DNA of 64,000 bases from IMG/VR virus record IMGVR_UViG_3300036985_004624; one strand, written 5' to 3'. Positions 39,301 through 48,653 of the stretch are shown one piece after another (positions within the stretch are counted from its first letter, which is position 1; every line of letters begins with the position of its first letter). The stretch is from a virus. The notes beneath the pieces were generated by a model, which worked only from the letters and a program-made list of their open reading frames with translations, did not search any database and was not told the DNA's origin. Both the position numbers and the translations under genes were made by a program.

Positions 39301-40276
39301 TTTTTTTGGACAATACCAAATTCCCGCACGTAACTAATCCTTGTTCCTCGTCCATCGAAGGAACAAAAACTAACACATCGTAGCCTGCCAGTTTAAGTGA
39401 TTCCTCTACCGTCTTATACGGTAGATAGGAGTCATATCCGCCAACAGTTTTAATGTTGTTTTTCCTACATGCGTCATTATTATGAATCGGAGTAATCTTT
39501 ACCATAAATTTATTCGGATCAAAAAGACCCAATAGCTTATTAGCATCTATTTCGTAGTTAGTGCTATAAGCAAAATTCAAACAATATTTTCTGCCGATAG
39601 GATCAGGCAGTCGATTTCCAATATCGGATATTTCTTTAAGGGTTAGCTGCCCATACGCAAACATATCATTCCGTTGTTCCTCACTAGTTGAATTTATGCT
39701 CAACTGTAATCCTGCCTGGCCATTATATAGCTCATTTTTAATCTGGCACCATTCATTTAATCTCGCTTCATTGTGCTTAAACTTATTCGGTAACGAAGTA
39801 GTTAGAACAGGATGAATAACTTCGGTACGGAGATTTAACTCTTGCTGAATAATATGCTTGTTAGTAAATAACCATCTTGCGAAGTTGAAAACATGATCAT
39901 TAACAATAGGTTCGCCCATCCGAGCAAAATGAATATTCAACCGGTCAGTATAATGAACTTCGGGAAAACATTTTACTGCCTCATAAAACTGTAACTTAAG
40001 ATCGTCGAAGGATGCATTACCTTTAAATGGAATCTTTGGCACATCGCAAAATCGGCAGTTTTGGATACAACCATATTGCGTTGAGAGTGTGATCACCCAT
40101 TTTTCAGATAAGGGCAAACAATTGCCATTTGCAACTCCGTTGATTTCATTTGGAAATCCGAGAAAATCAGCTTTTATGTTTCGTGATTTTCCGTAGTCTC
40201 CGATGGATAATGTTTCGAGTTCGCCACGTAATCCATCGACTGTAAAAAGGTAGCCAGTTGGTATCTTATTTCTCAT
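39287..40276 (-). CDS. RlmN/Cfr-like radical SAM protein
   Basis: STQYGCIQNCRFC (CxxxCxxC), MGEP, LQLSIN, C-terminal CGNL. Confidence 0.85.
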   Translation of the reverse strand: MRNKIPTGYLFTVDGLRGELETLSIGDYGKSRNIKADFLGFPNEINGVANGNCLPLSEKWVITLSTQYGCIQNCRFCDVPKIPFKGNASFDDLKLQFYEAVKCFPEVHYTDRLNIHFARMGEPIVNDHVFNFARWLFTNKHIIQQELNLRTEVIHPVLTTSLPNKFKHNEARLNEWCQIKNELYNGQAGLQLSINSTSEEQRNDMFAYGQLTLKEISDIGNRLPDPIGRKYCLNFAYSTNYEIDANKLLGLFDPNKFMVKITPIHNNDACRKNNIKTVGGYDSYLPYKTVEESLKLAGYDVLVFVPSMDEEQGLVTCGNLVLSKKIDLK

Positions 40277-41187
40277 TATACAATTCCCAATGTTGTACGA
40301 AGCATCGAGATAGTATCATCGTCGTATCGTATTCTAACCATTTTATATCCATTATCGTTTGCATATGATGTCTTAAATTCATCATTAGTCTTCATATCCT
40401 CCAGATCGTTACAACGATATCCTTCCTCATAATGTTGTTTGCCATCATATTCTAATAGAATATTATATTCAGGCAAATAAAAATCATATTTTAATTTACC
40501 TTTATTTCTAATGCAATTATGAAATGTTTTCTGGGTTGTATATTCGATATGATGTCTAATCAAAAAATTTCTAATTAAATTCTCTCCCTTTGATGAAGAA
40601 TTACAACTGGGACAGCCTACACCACGGCCGTGATCATTTGCTTGTTGTTTAAATATGCCGTGCTTGGGACAAATAATCCGAATTTTAGATGTTGCTCGCT
40701 TATAATCTTCGAAAACATAATTGTATCTATATGAATTTCCATGATGGGATATAGAATTCAATAAAAAATCGTTAATTAATATTTCTTTTGCTTCAGTTGC
40801 ACATTCGGGACACCCGCATCCGCTCAAATGATCGCTATATGATTGTTCAAAAACGCCATGTTTTCTACATATAATTTTTAATTTACTACCAGAGGTATAA
40901 TCAGCATCATTTAAGTAATATTCATATAATTCCCCGTGTTTATGGAGTATTTTACTCTTCATATATTCCCACCCCTTTGGACCAAACGGAGAACACGATC
41001 GACACCCGTATTTAGATGCCTTCATTAGGTGGAAGAATGACGTTTCAAATTCACCATGCTCAAAGCAAACAAAAGTTTCTTTATAATCTACACCACGAAA
41101 AATAAATGTAGGCAAGGTTGTAATTTTGTTACCATATTTTTCATATATTTCTGATACAGCAGATGATGTTGTTCGTTTCTTTTTCAT
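40276..41187 (-). mobile_element. Putative homing endonuclease: three C-x-x-HG-x-F zinc repeats plus Vsr/DUF559-like nuclease
   Basis: CFEHGEF, CRKHGVF, CPKHGIF; SKGE..I, YDFYLP..NILLEYDG.QHY. Confidence 0.8.
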
Positions 41188-41231
41188 AGAATATCTCCTA
41201 TATTGTATTTACCGATAATCATCGGAATAGA

Positions 41232-42260
41232 TTATGCAATCAAGGAAGAAATAATTTCAAAATGATCTTCAAAACATACGGCAGAATCCAATTCGCTTAA
41301 CGGCATAAACCGAGCCTTATCAGCGTCGTCTATTCCCCTCACTTTCGGTAATACTCCGTCGGGAAGATCTATTTTAAATACATGGGTTATTGTGCGGCCG
41401 CGAGTACTTCGATCAATGGCATCAAACACCCTGACTTTATTAATATTACCGATCAGTACAGGGGATGGTACTTTAATCCCGGTCTCTTCTCGCAATTCCC
41501 TAATCATAGCATCTTGTATGCTTCGGTCAGTCTGTGCATTTAAAAACCCACCAGGCAATGCCCATAACCCCTTACCGGGTTCACTCTTACGACGAATCAT
41601 TAGTATATGCCCGGAGCATATTACCACTGCATCTGTTGTTACAAAAACAGGCGCATATGGTAAACTTGAATATTGTTTCTTATACATTTCAACAAATTCT
41701 CGTTCTCGAATAATTTGTTCGTATTCAGGTGTATCTTTCCAACCTTCGAGCAATCTAAATACAGGTTGTGGTACAACACCCTGAATAAAGTGCATATTAG
41801 CATCTCGACGAAAGTAAAGATCACGGATATTTGTAGCATTGAGTGGCTCCAATAACGGAACTTCTACTTGTTCCCATTGCGGAAACATATCAAGATAGAA
41901 ACAAGTGCTATCTTTCTTGTGACCAATCACACCAATTTTATCACCGGGCTGTGTATGTTTTGCCACAATAGACTGAATGCGACCAGCCCATGCTGTATCG
42001 TTATAAATTGTGTCTACATTATGCTCTATGCGAACTGCACATTCGGTTTCCGGAACTATATAGTTCAGAATATTTTCGAGCATGTTTTGGCGGTCTTTGC
42101 TTGTCCACGGATTCTTATAAGTCCGTGGTTGATTGGCACTGCCGACAATGATAATAATTTGTTTGGAGAGTTTGCTTGCTCTACGAATAATTTCTGTATG
42201 AGCGTTGTGGACCGGTTGAAAGCGGCCGATGAATACAAGTGTATGATACTGTTTTGTCAT
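41232..42260 (-). CDS. nadM: Bifunctional NMN adenylyltransferase / Nudix ADP-ribose pyrophosphatase
   Basis: FIGRFQPVHNAH, NATNIR; Nudix box GG.......RELREETG. Confidence 0.96.
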   Translation of the reverse strand: MTKQYHTLVFIGRFQPVHNAHTEIIRRASKLSKQIIIIVGSANQPRTYKNPWTSKDRQNMLENILNYIVPETECAVRIEHNVDTIYNDTAWAGRIQSIVAKHTQPGDKIGVIGHKKDSTCFYLDMFPQWEQVEVPLLEPLNATNIRDLYFRRDANMHFIQGVVPQPVFRLLEGWKDTPEYEQIIREREFVEMYKKQYSSLPYAPVFVTTDAVVICSGHILMIRRKSEPGKGLWALPGGFLNAQTDRSIQDAMIRELREETGIKVPSPVLIGNINKVRVFDAIDRSTRGRTITHVFKIDLPDGVLPKVRGIDDADKARFMPLSELDSAVCFEDHFEIISSLIA

Positions 42261-42310
42261 AACATAAATCCTATGTTGTTTAATGATATAGTAAAGTCTA
42301 TCTCTACTAT
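42261..42310 (-). promoter_or_regulatory. Two-hairpin leader element, nadM copy
   Basis: AUAGUAGA-GAUAGA-CUUUACUAU, then AACAUAG-GAU-UUAUGUU abutting AUG. Confidence 0.65.
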
Positions 42311-42351
42311 TGTTATTTAGCCTTTATTATACAATAACGGCATAATCTTGG

Positions 42352-42612
42352 TCAATCTTCGCTAATATTACCCGAGTTATTAACTATGTGCAGGAACTCT
42401 TCCTCTTCTTCGGGTGTCCATTCTAAAAACTCATCGTATATGTCTTCATACGGTTCGCTAAACATGGGGTTTTTTACATTATTGTCTTCCGCCCACTGTT
42501 TGGCTTTAACTAATGCATCTTCCGAAGAAGTTGCATTAATTATAATATGATGTACATCTGATGCAGTAGGTCCGCATTCGACACTAATATTCCATTTTAA
42601 TAATTCTGTCAT
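42352..42612 (-). CDS. Hypothetical protein
   Basis: 86-aa acidic ORF. Confidence 0.6.
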   Translation of the reverse strand: MTELLKWNISVECGPTASDVHHIIINATSSEDALVKAKQWAEDNNVKNPMFSEPYEDIYDEFLEWTPEEEEEFLHIVNNSGNISED

Positions 42613-42630
42613 TGTGGACCTATTTATAAA

Positions 42631-42885
42631 TTATTCTGCTTGTTCAGCAATAAACTTATTTCTGATGCTCGAAGCAAAAAACTTGCCTTTAGAAGCTGCT
42701 GCGACAAAGCTCTCCATTGTCTTTTCGTCAACGGCCTTATACAAATAAGTACCGCCGTTATTAAACTTCAATGCAAGATCATTACCTGTACGTGCATAAG
42801 AAGCAACGAGCGAACTTCCTTCAACAGGAATAAATTTTGCAGCTTTATCAATCTTTACCAATTTCTTTGCGTTTGTGTTTGTCAT
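42631..42885 (-). CDS. KTSC domain protein
   Basis: SS.V...A.....L..KF.NG..Y.Y..V......F..A.SKGKFF...IR. Confidence 0.88.
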   Translation of the reverse strand: MTNTNAKKLVKIDKAAKFIPVEGSSLVASYARTGNDLALKFNNGGTYLYKAVDEKTMESFVAAASKGKFFASSIRNKFIAEQAE

Positions 42886-42936
42886 AAATTCTCCAAGTTA
42901 AAATTTTGTTAAGCCAGTATGGCTGCAACAGTTGTA

Positions 42937-42965
42937 ATATTACTAGTCTGCGGCGCTTTTGTCAA
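42937..42965 (-). promoter_or_regulatory. sigma70-type promoter TTGACA-17-TAATAT
   Basis: Intergenic, upstream of the KTSC gene. Confidence 0.55.
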
Positions 42966-42970
42966 ATTTT

Positions 42971-43738
42971 TCATTTAAACTCAACAAATCTGTCAACAAC
43001 AAAGCCCTTCTTACCCGATAGCATTACTGCACCAGATAAAAATCCGCCCTTACCGCAACCGGTATCTAAAAATATCACCTTGCCACCATTCTTATTAGAA
43101 ACGGTCATCGGCTCTGTTATATCAACATTATGAATAGGCATTTTATCATGCCCCACCATAACCGTTTTCCCCAAAGGTACATCTTCTATCCAGTTATATA
43201 GCCTAACAGGATATCCATCATCATATTTTTGACCGTTTGTTTCGCCTACTAAAAACCTAGCCTTCTCTGTTTTACTCATAACAAAGCCAGATTCCCACAT
43301 ACGCTTGTGGCATCCTGCATGTACTAAAGTAAACTCGTCGAATTTATGAAAGAATCCAGAAAACATCTTATCATCTATCATAGAGACATACATTTTTAAG
43401 AAATCTTCCATTCTGTCCGCCCCAACGTCGTCTAATGTACGCTTGGCATCCGTAGAAAAGCTTACTTTTGCACCATCCGCATATCTACGAAATTTATCAT
43501 CGTGATTTCCTATCACTAAACCCGCACGACCTTCGTACATTGCTTCATACATTGCTTTAACTACTTCGAATGGTTGGCGGCCACGGTCAACTAAGTCGCC
43601 CATAGACATAAAGAAGAAATTCTCGCTCTTGGCGAAATTATACGCCTTTTCGAAGGAAGTATAATCTCCGTGGGTATCCCCAAACACTAACATTCCATCG
43701 AAACCATTTTTCACATAATTTTCTAAACTATTATACAA
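42971..43738 (-). CDS. Calcineurin-like metallophosphoesterase
   Basis: GDTHG, GDLVDRG, GNHD, VHAG, VGH, DTGC. Confidence 0.92.
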   Translation of the reverse strand: MYNSLENYVKNGFDGMLVFGDTHGDYTSFEKAYNFAKSENFFFMSMGDLVDRGRQPFEVVKAMYEAMYEGRAGLVIGNHDDKFRRYADGAKVSFSTDAKRTLDDVGADRMEDFLKMYVSMIDDKMFSGFFHKFDEFTLVHAGCHKRMWESGFVMSKTEKARFLVGETNGQKYDDGYPVRLYNWIEDVPLGKTVMVGHDKMPIHNVDITEPMTVSNKNGGKVIFLDTGCGKGGFLSGAVMLSGKKGFVVDRFVEFK

Positions 43739-44102
43739 TTTCTTCTTCCCAGGGACACTGTTTCCATCCTATTCTATTAAAACATTCTTCTACTAAAGGA
43801 CTTACTAAACCTTCATTAACGCCGCAATAAAAGTCCATATAATCTTCTGTTGTATTGTAAAACATATTGCGTAGACCCGCAATAACTCCAGCGGATCCTC
43901 TCCACGAAATCGACCATATATTTGAATTTATGCCCTTTAACTTATCGATGATTTTTTGATCGCGATCTCTTTCATCTATCTTTTCCCATCGCATATTACA
44001 CATTGCAGCATAGAATTCTCTCGCAAGTTCTTTATTTTCCAAATGTGTAATTATGATTGGGTCGGCAATCATATCTCGCTCTAAATCAGGCGTTAAGTCC
44101 AT
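43731..44102 (-). CDS. Hypothetical protein
   Basis: Overlapping operon packing; WSISWR...YMDFYC. Confidence 0.65.
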   Translation of the reverse strand: MDLTPDLERDMIADPIIITHLENKELAREFYAAMCNMRWEKIDERDRDQKIIDKLKGINSNIWSISWRGSAGVIAGLRNMFYNTTEDYMDFYCGVNEGLVSPLVEECFNRIGWKQCPWEEEIV

Positions 44103-44872
44103 AATCCGCGGCGCACCTTAACAAGGCGAACAAGCATATCGTCGTCTTCTTGCTGCCACTCTTCTTCTTTATTCTGACGTGATGTCATAGATTTTACATG
44201 ATCTTTATAGTCGTCGGCTTCTCTGTCGAAATCGTCATCAAAACAGCCCAATGAACCCAGGCCTTGATCATTATATTCGACATATTTTTCTTTTTCTCTT
44301 GCTGGTCGTTCATTCACCCACCATCTATACAATGATAAAGTTTCTCTAGCAAAAACGGCCTGGCTGTCACACCTTTCATGCACCGGTAAAGATGGATCGT
44401 CGAGTGTAGCCGCCCATTCTAGATGTTTGATACCTAACTCGGGTCGTCGAAAAGGATAAAATGTTCGGTAAAACGGCATATGCTTCTCAAACCAACTTGC
44501 ATTCTTGCACTCATCCGACCACCAATATGTATGTATTGCTTGCTCGACTTCGACAAAGTCTTTCAACATGTTGAAGTTAGAATGTAACATTAGTGTATCT
44601 ATATCGTAATATCCAGGTTTCAATCCTGTTTTAACGATATGATATTTGTCATATGTACGATGTCGGATCCATTGATCGATAGCTTCATACTTCCATATCA
44701 TTGGGAGTACGATATTTCTTCTAAACTTTGTTTTAAACCAATATCGGATTGGCGCCTTTTCGCTAAATTCTTTTTCAAAAAGACGCCACCCCTTCGAAGT
44801 CATTGACCCGGGAGGTTGAAATTTAAACCAATGTTTAAATTTCCTTATAGCTAATTTAATATTTTTGTACAT
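44093..44872 (-). CDS. Hypothetical protein
   Basis: 259 aa; promoter TTGACA-17-TATTAT at 44880-44908. Confidence 0.7.
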   Translation of the reverse strand: MYKNIKLAIRKFKHWFKFQPPGSMTSKGWRLFEKEFSEKAPIRYWFKTKFRRNIVLPMIWKYEAIDQWIRHRTYDKYHIVKTGLKPGYYDIDTLMLHSNFNMLKDFVEVEQAIHTYWWSDECKNASWFEKHMPFYRTFYPFRRPELGIKHLEWAATLDDPSLPVHERCDSQAVFARETLSLYRWWVNERPAREKEKYVEYNDQGLGSLGCFDDDFDREADDYKDHVKSMTSRQNKEEEWQQEDDDMLVRLVKVRRGLWT

Positions 44873-44910
44873 AGAGAATATAATACAGTATTTTCCCTAT
44901 GTTGTCAAAT

Positions 44911-45123
44911 TTAATGCGATAGATTAGCTTTAGAAATAAATGCATTCATTTTTTCGGCTTCTGTAATAATTTCTTCTGTGGTAGGTGCTGTTGTAGCTGC
45001 AGGTCTGGTCGAATTTGCTGCGGCAGCATTGGCGGCATGTTTCCCGTTGAGAATTAATTGGGCGAGTTGTAATAGCTCTAATCTAATTTCGTATGGTGTC
45101 TTGGGTGTAGTTCTCATGTTCAT
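44911..45123 (-). CDS. Small hypothetical protein (TPYEIRLELL motif)
   Basis: AAGGA SD. Confidence 0.65.
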   Translation of the reverse strand: MNMRTTPKTPYEIRLELLQLAQLILNGKHAANAAAANSTRPAATTAPTTEEIITEAEKMNAFISKANLSH

Positions 45124-45132
45124 GATTATCCT

Positions 45133-45441
45133 TTAGGTGATGATAGAGCTTTTTTGTGGCAATGCAATTCCCGTCGTAATACTTTCATATTGACTTTCCA
45201 ACTCTACCAACGGTGTAGTTGTAGCGACAATTAATGATCTATTCAAAGAAATTGTTTTTCCCGGATCTGCCATCACCATAAATGGGCCAAATTGTGGACC
45301 TCGTTGACCCATTACCATTTGTAAAGGATTTTTAATCATAATAGCAGTCGATGTTTCTTCAGAAACGCCTGCTATAATTTCTTCCCCTGTAGATAATTTA
45401 AATACCCGTATATATGATGTGTCTTTTTTCTGTAATAGCAT
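45133..45441 (-). CDS. Sm-like small phage protein
   Basis: FKLSTGEEIIA...IKNP; Y..ITTGI.LP tail. Confidence 0.6.
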   Translation of the reverse strand: MLLQKKDTSYIRVFKLSTGEEIIAGVSEETSTAIMIKNPLQMVMGQRGPQFGPFMVMADPGKTISLNRSLIVATTTPLVELESQYESITTGIALPQKSSIIT

Positions 45442-45509
45442 AGTGTCCTTTTATACTGTTGTGTGTGTGTTTATTATATATGCTAAGTAATTAAATTGCA
45501 AACATTCGG

Positions 45510-47399
45510 TTAAATTTCACATCCGCCGGCCGTACAAGCAAGCATTTGTGCACCTTCCACATTATCATCTAATTCTACAATATTATCCCAATCAATATCC
45601 TTAGGCATTTTAGCCGATAATGCTTCGAATTCTTCTTTAGTACAATCTTCGTATGGTGCTTGTTTATAATTACCACCGTCATAAGGTAAGAAAGATACAC
45701 CTGACATCTCATCGAAGTGATCCCAGACAAATGCACCCACTGCCGGCCATTCTTTTTCACTAACAGAGATAGTTACTGACGGTTTATGCTCACAATAGTG
45801 TCGCTGATAAACAAGCCACAGATTCAAATGCTTTATAGCATCTAATTGGCAACGTAATACTGCCCCGTCAGGTGCTTTCTTTGGGAAAGTAAATACCATC
45901 GTACTACCTGGTTTCATTACATCAGGCTCGCAAGGTACTCCTGCTGCGATCATAGCCTTCGTAAGTGGATCTTTAATATCGCCACGGATACGTCTATAGT
46001 AATAAGCAGCATGGCGTGGATGAATACCGCTTGCTGTATTTGTTAATTGAGATACTGTACCAGACGGCTTAACTGCTGTAATAGCTGCTGCTGCTTGTAT
46101 TCCCAATGATGATGCTAATTTAGTATTTACATCTACCGTTAATGTCTTAATTGCTTCAAGACGTGCAGGTAATTCTTTATCGGATGGGTCATTTAACAGA
46201 TGATTATCTAATATACCGGTCATAGACACACCTAATAAGCGTTCTTGTTCGGTATTGTCGCGCCAAATCTTACGAAGGTAAGGAAAATGAGTCATTGTCG
46301 ACTGGAATGTACCCATTATTGTTGCAATACGGGCTTTCCTCAATAAATCATCTAATGTATCTGTAGATCGAACAATGATTTCGGTCAAATTACAGAATTG
46401 GTATGGACGTAAAATGATCTCTGCACATGGATTTGTACCAAACTCGAAGTCCGGGTTACGACGACCGTTCATCTTAACAATATTCTTTGCTGCTTCTCTA
46501 TTAAATATCCCACGCTCGCCCGATTTAGATTCATATAGTGATAACCACTCTTGCATAAAAATACCCACATCAGGTCGTTCTGTATGGCAAGCACTATTAT
46601 TAGCTAAGGCACGCTGGCCTTGTGTCTCCCACCAAGAACCTGTCTTAGCATTACGCATACGGTCATCAGAAAGATTCGATAAAGAAATCATTGCCGATCT
46701 ACGCACACCGCCTACAACAACCACTTCACCTACCTTACACATAATATCGTGACATTCGATACTATTTAATTTACGTCCTTGAGCATTCTTAAAAATCTTA
46801 ACAACAAACTTGAATAATTCTACCAATGGTTCCGGGCCAGATGCTCGACCACCAAAAGTTTTTAATCTAGCGCCTGCTGGACGAACCTTACTTGTGTCCC
46901 ATCTAGGTGCTTCACCCGAATATAACATTGCAATGACCTGACGCAAAGACTTTGCCCAACCTTCTTTACTATCTGATACAACGATAACAGATTCACTATC
47001 AAAAATTCTTTCTGGTACTTCTGGTAATTTTGCTATATATTGTCTTTCTACACTAAATCCCACACCGGTGCCACATAATAGAATAAACATTGCTTCATCG
47101 AATGCCTTTGGATCGTCGATAGGCAAGTAAGAACAGTTATAACCGGATGTATTATCTCTACCTAATGCTTTACCTGCTGTCATTAAGGCTCGCATAGAAG
47201 GCATGACTTCGAAATTAGTAACTGCACTCTGTAATTCCGATCTTAATTCTTTTGTTAGAGTATAGTTACATTGTTCTTTCAGATGGTCTGTCATAAAGTC
47301 AAAATATCGTACTACAGTTTCATCCCAATTCTCTCGACGTTTCTTAGAATCGATGTATCTGGCGTAGCGACTTTTTGCAATATAGGTTTCGTATATCAT
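45510..47399 (-). CDS. nrdJ: Class II (B12-dependent) ribonucleotide reductase
   Basis: MPSMR, YNC, GTGVGF, GGVRRSA, TNPCAEI, FCNL, VKPSGT, C-terminal CxxxxC; no small-subunit gene nearby. Confidence 0.88.
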   Translation of the reverse strand: MIYETYIAKSRYARYIDSKKRRENWDETVVRYFDFMTDHLKEQCNYTLTKELRSELQSAVTNFEVMPSMRALMTAGKALGRDNTSGYNCSYLPIDDPKAFDEAMFILLCGTGVGFSVERQYIAKLPEVPERIFDSESVIVVSDSKEGWAKSLRQVIAMLYSGEAPRWDTSKVRPAGARLKTFGGRASGPEPLVELFKFVVKIFKNAQGRKLNSIECHDIMCKVGEVVVVGGVRRSAMISLSNLSDDRMRNAKTGSWWETQGQRALANNSACHTERPDVGIFMQEWLSLYESKSGERGIFNREAAKNIVKMNGRRNPDFEFGTNPCAEIILRPYQFCNLTEIIVRSTDTLDDLLRKARIATIMGTFQSTMTHFPYLRKIWRDNTEQERLLGVSMTGILDNHLLNDPSDKELPARLEAIKTLTVDVNTKLASSLGIQAAAAITAVKPSGTVSQLTNTASGIHPRHAAYYYRRIRGDIKDPLTKAMIAAGVPCEPDVMKPGSTMVFTFPKKAPDGAVLRCQLDAIKHLNLWLVYQRHYCEHKPSVTISVSEKEWPAVGAFVWDHFDEMSGVSFLPYDGGNYKQAPYEDCTKEEFEALSAKMPKDIDWDNIVELDDNVEGAQMLACTAGGCEI

Positions 47400-47458
47400 G
47401 TTTTCTCCGGTGATTGTATAATGATTAATCTGTGGCGATTATCTTTTTAGTTGTTGTA

Positions 47459-47896
47459 TTATTTTATTTTTTTGATTTGTTCTTTTCGATATTTGTCTAA
47501 TATCTTAAATTTTTCTTCAATTTCTGAGTAATTATTTACCGCAGAAAGTTCAAAATTTAAAACAAATTGATTATCGATCACAGGCAACAAATAAATGCCT
47601 TCGTTATCTTCTACAAGATATAATTCTACTGTATTTTGTATATTTAAGAGATCTAATGTATAAAACATTAGTAAACTAATGGAACTTGTGCAGAAAGAAC
47701 CATGAAATAATATTTCCCATGGCGACGGCCATTCCATAGGACTATAATAGTCCAGTGTCCTGGCTCCAAAAGGGATTGTAGAACAAAATTTTGCAATTTG
47801 TTCTAATTGTTCCTCTAAAGATTTCTCTTGTATTTCTACTCTTAAATTTTTCCAAAGACGGAGTCGCTCGTCATTAGAGATTGTGTGCCAAATCAT
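47459..47896 (-). CDS. Hypothetical protein
   Basis: 145 aa; WPSPWEIL motif. Confidence 0.65.
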   Translation of the reverse strand: MIWHTISNDERLRLWKNLRVEIQEKSLEEQLEQIAKFCSTIPFGARTLDYYSPMEWPSPWEILFHGSFCTSSISLLMFYTLDLLNIQNTVELYLVEDNEGIYLLPVIDNQFVLNFELSAVNNYSEIEEKFKILDKYRKEQIKKIK

Positions 47897-47906
47897 GATT
47901 AATTAT

Positions 47907-48626
47907 TTAAAGAGAAACCCACTTGATTGTGCTTGTGCTAAACATCAAATCAGTAGGAAAATCGTGTTTATATAATATCTGTATCATTGTATTGGTAACG
48001 GTATCATATTGTGCAATAAGACTCAAATTGCATACATCTGTGGGTGATAAATTAATTTCTGTATGTACATCACTTAGTGATGCAGGAGTAGTATCTGGAT
48101 ATGGAGGATTAGGAATATCGGGAGAAAAATACTCTACGGCAGTAATCTGTAACTGGCCATTTCTAGAAAACGTGGTACCTACCACATTACTCTCTTCTAA
48201 TGATGAATTAGTGACTCCATACAATATATTAATGAACGGTGTCGATGGATACTCTAATGTGTTAGGTCCAGGTCCTACTCTTGTTATATTGACATAAGTG
48301 CCCGATGGTGGTAAAACCCACATATAGGGTTCTAATCTATCAAGTACTGTCGCACCATTTGCACCAGTGTCAACTATTATGTATTCGCCGTTCGAGTTCC
48401 CCATATAGACATTACCGGAATCAGTACATAGTGCTAATTCTCCAGCTAAAAGTACATTAGGATAATTTATCGAATCAAAGTCAGGGTAGCTACCATATCC
48501 TCCGGTACCAGTATACCCAAAAGGGTATACACTATTCGGCCCAGCGGGATTATAGACATAACCATCGAACTGGTCTTGCGTACCACGTCTATTTTGTATT
48601 CTTGAAACTATTACAGGTGTTGCCAT
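47907..48626 (-). CDS. Virion structural protein with fibre-type N-terminal motif
   Basis: RIQ-x-RRG...L-x-x-GELA-x-x-TD....YMG. Confidence 0.65.
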   Translation of the reverse strand: MATPVIVSRIQNRRGTQDQFDGYVYNPAGPNSVYPFGYTGTGGYGSYPDFDSINYPNVLLAGELALCTDSGNVYMGNSNGEYIIVDTGANGATVLDRLEPYMWVLPPSGTYVNITRVGPGPNTLEYPSTPFINILYGVTNSSLEESNVVGTTFSRNGQLQITAVEYFSPDIPNPPYPDTTPASLSDVHTEINLSPTDVCNLSLIAQYDTVTNTMIQILYKHDFPTDLMFSTSTIKWVSL

Positions 48627-48653
48627 TTTTATAAATTCCTTTGTGTGATGTAT

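Noticed and set aside
39287-40276. Radical SAM as QueE completing the FolE/QueD pathway
   Set aside because: Motifs (STQ.GC, MGEP, CG.L) are RlmN-type rather than QueE-type.
45460-45470. (GT)5 run upstream of the Sm-like gene
   Set aside because: Too short to support phase variation or any function.
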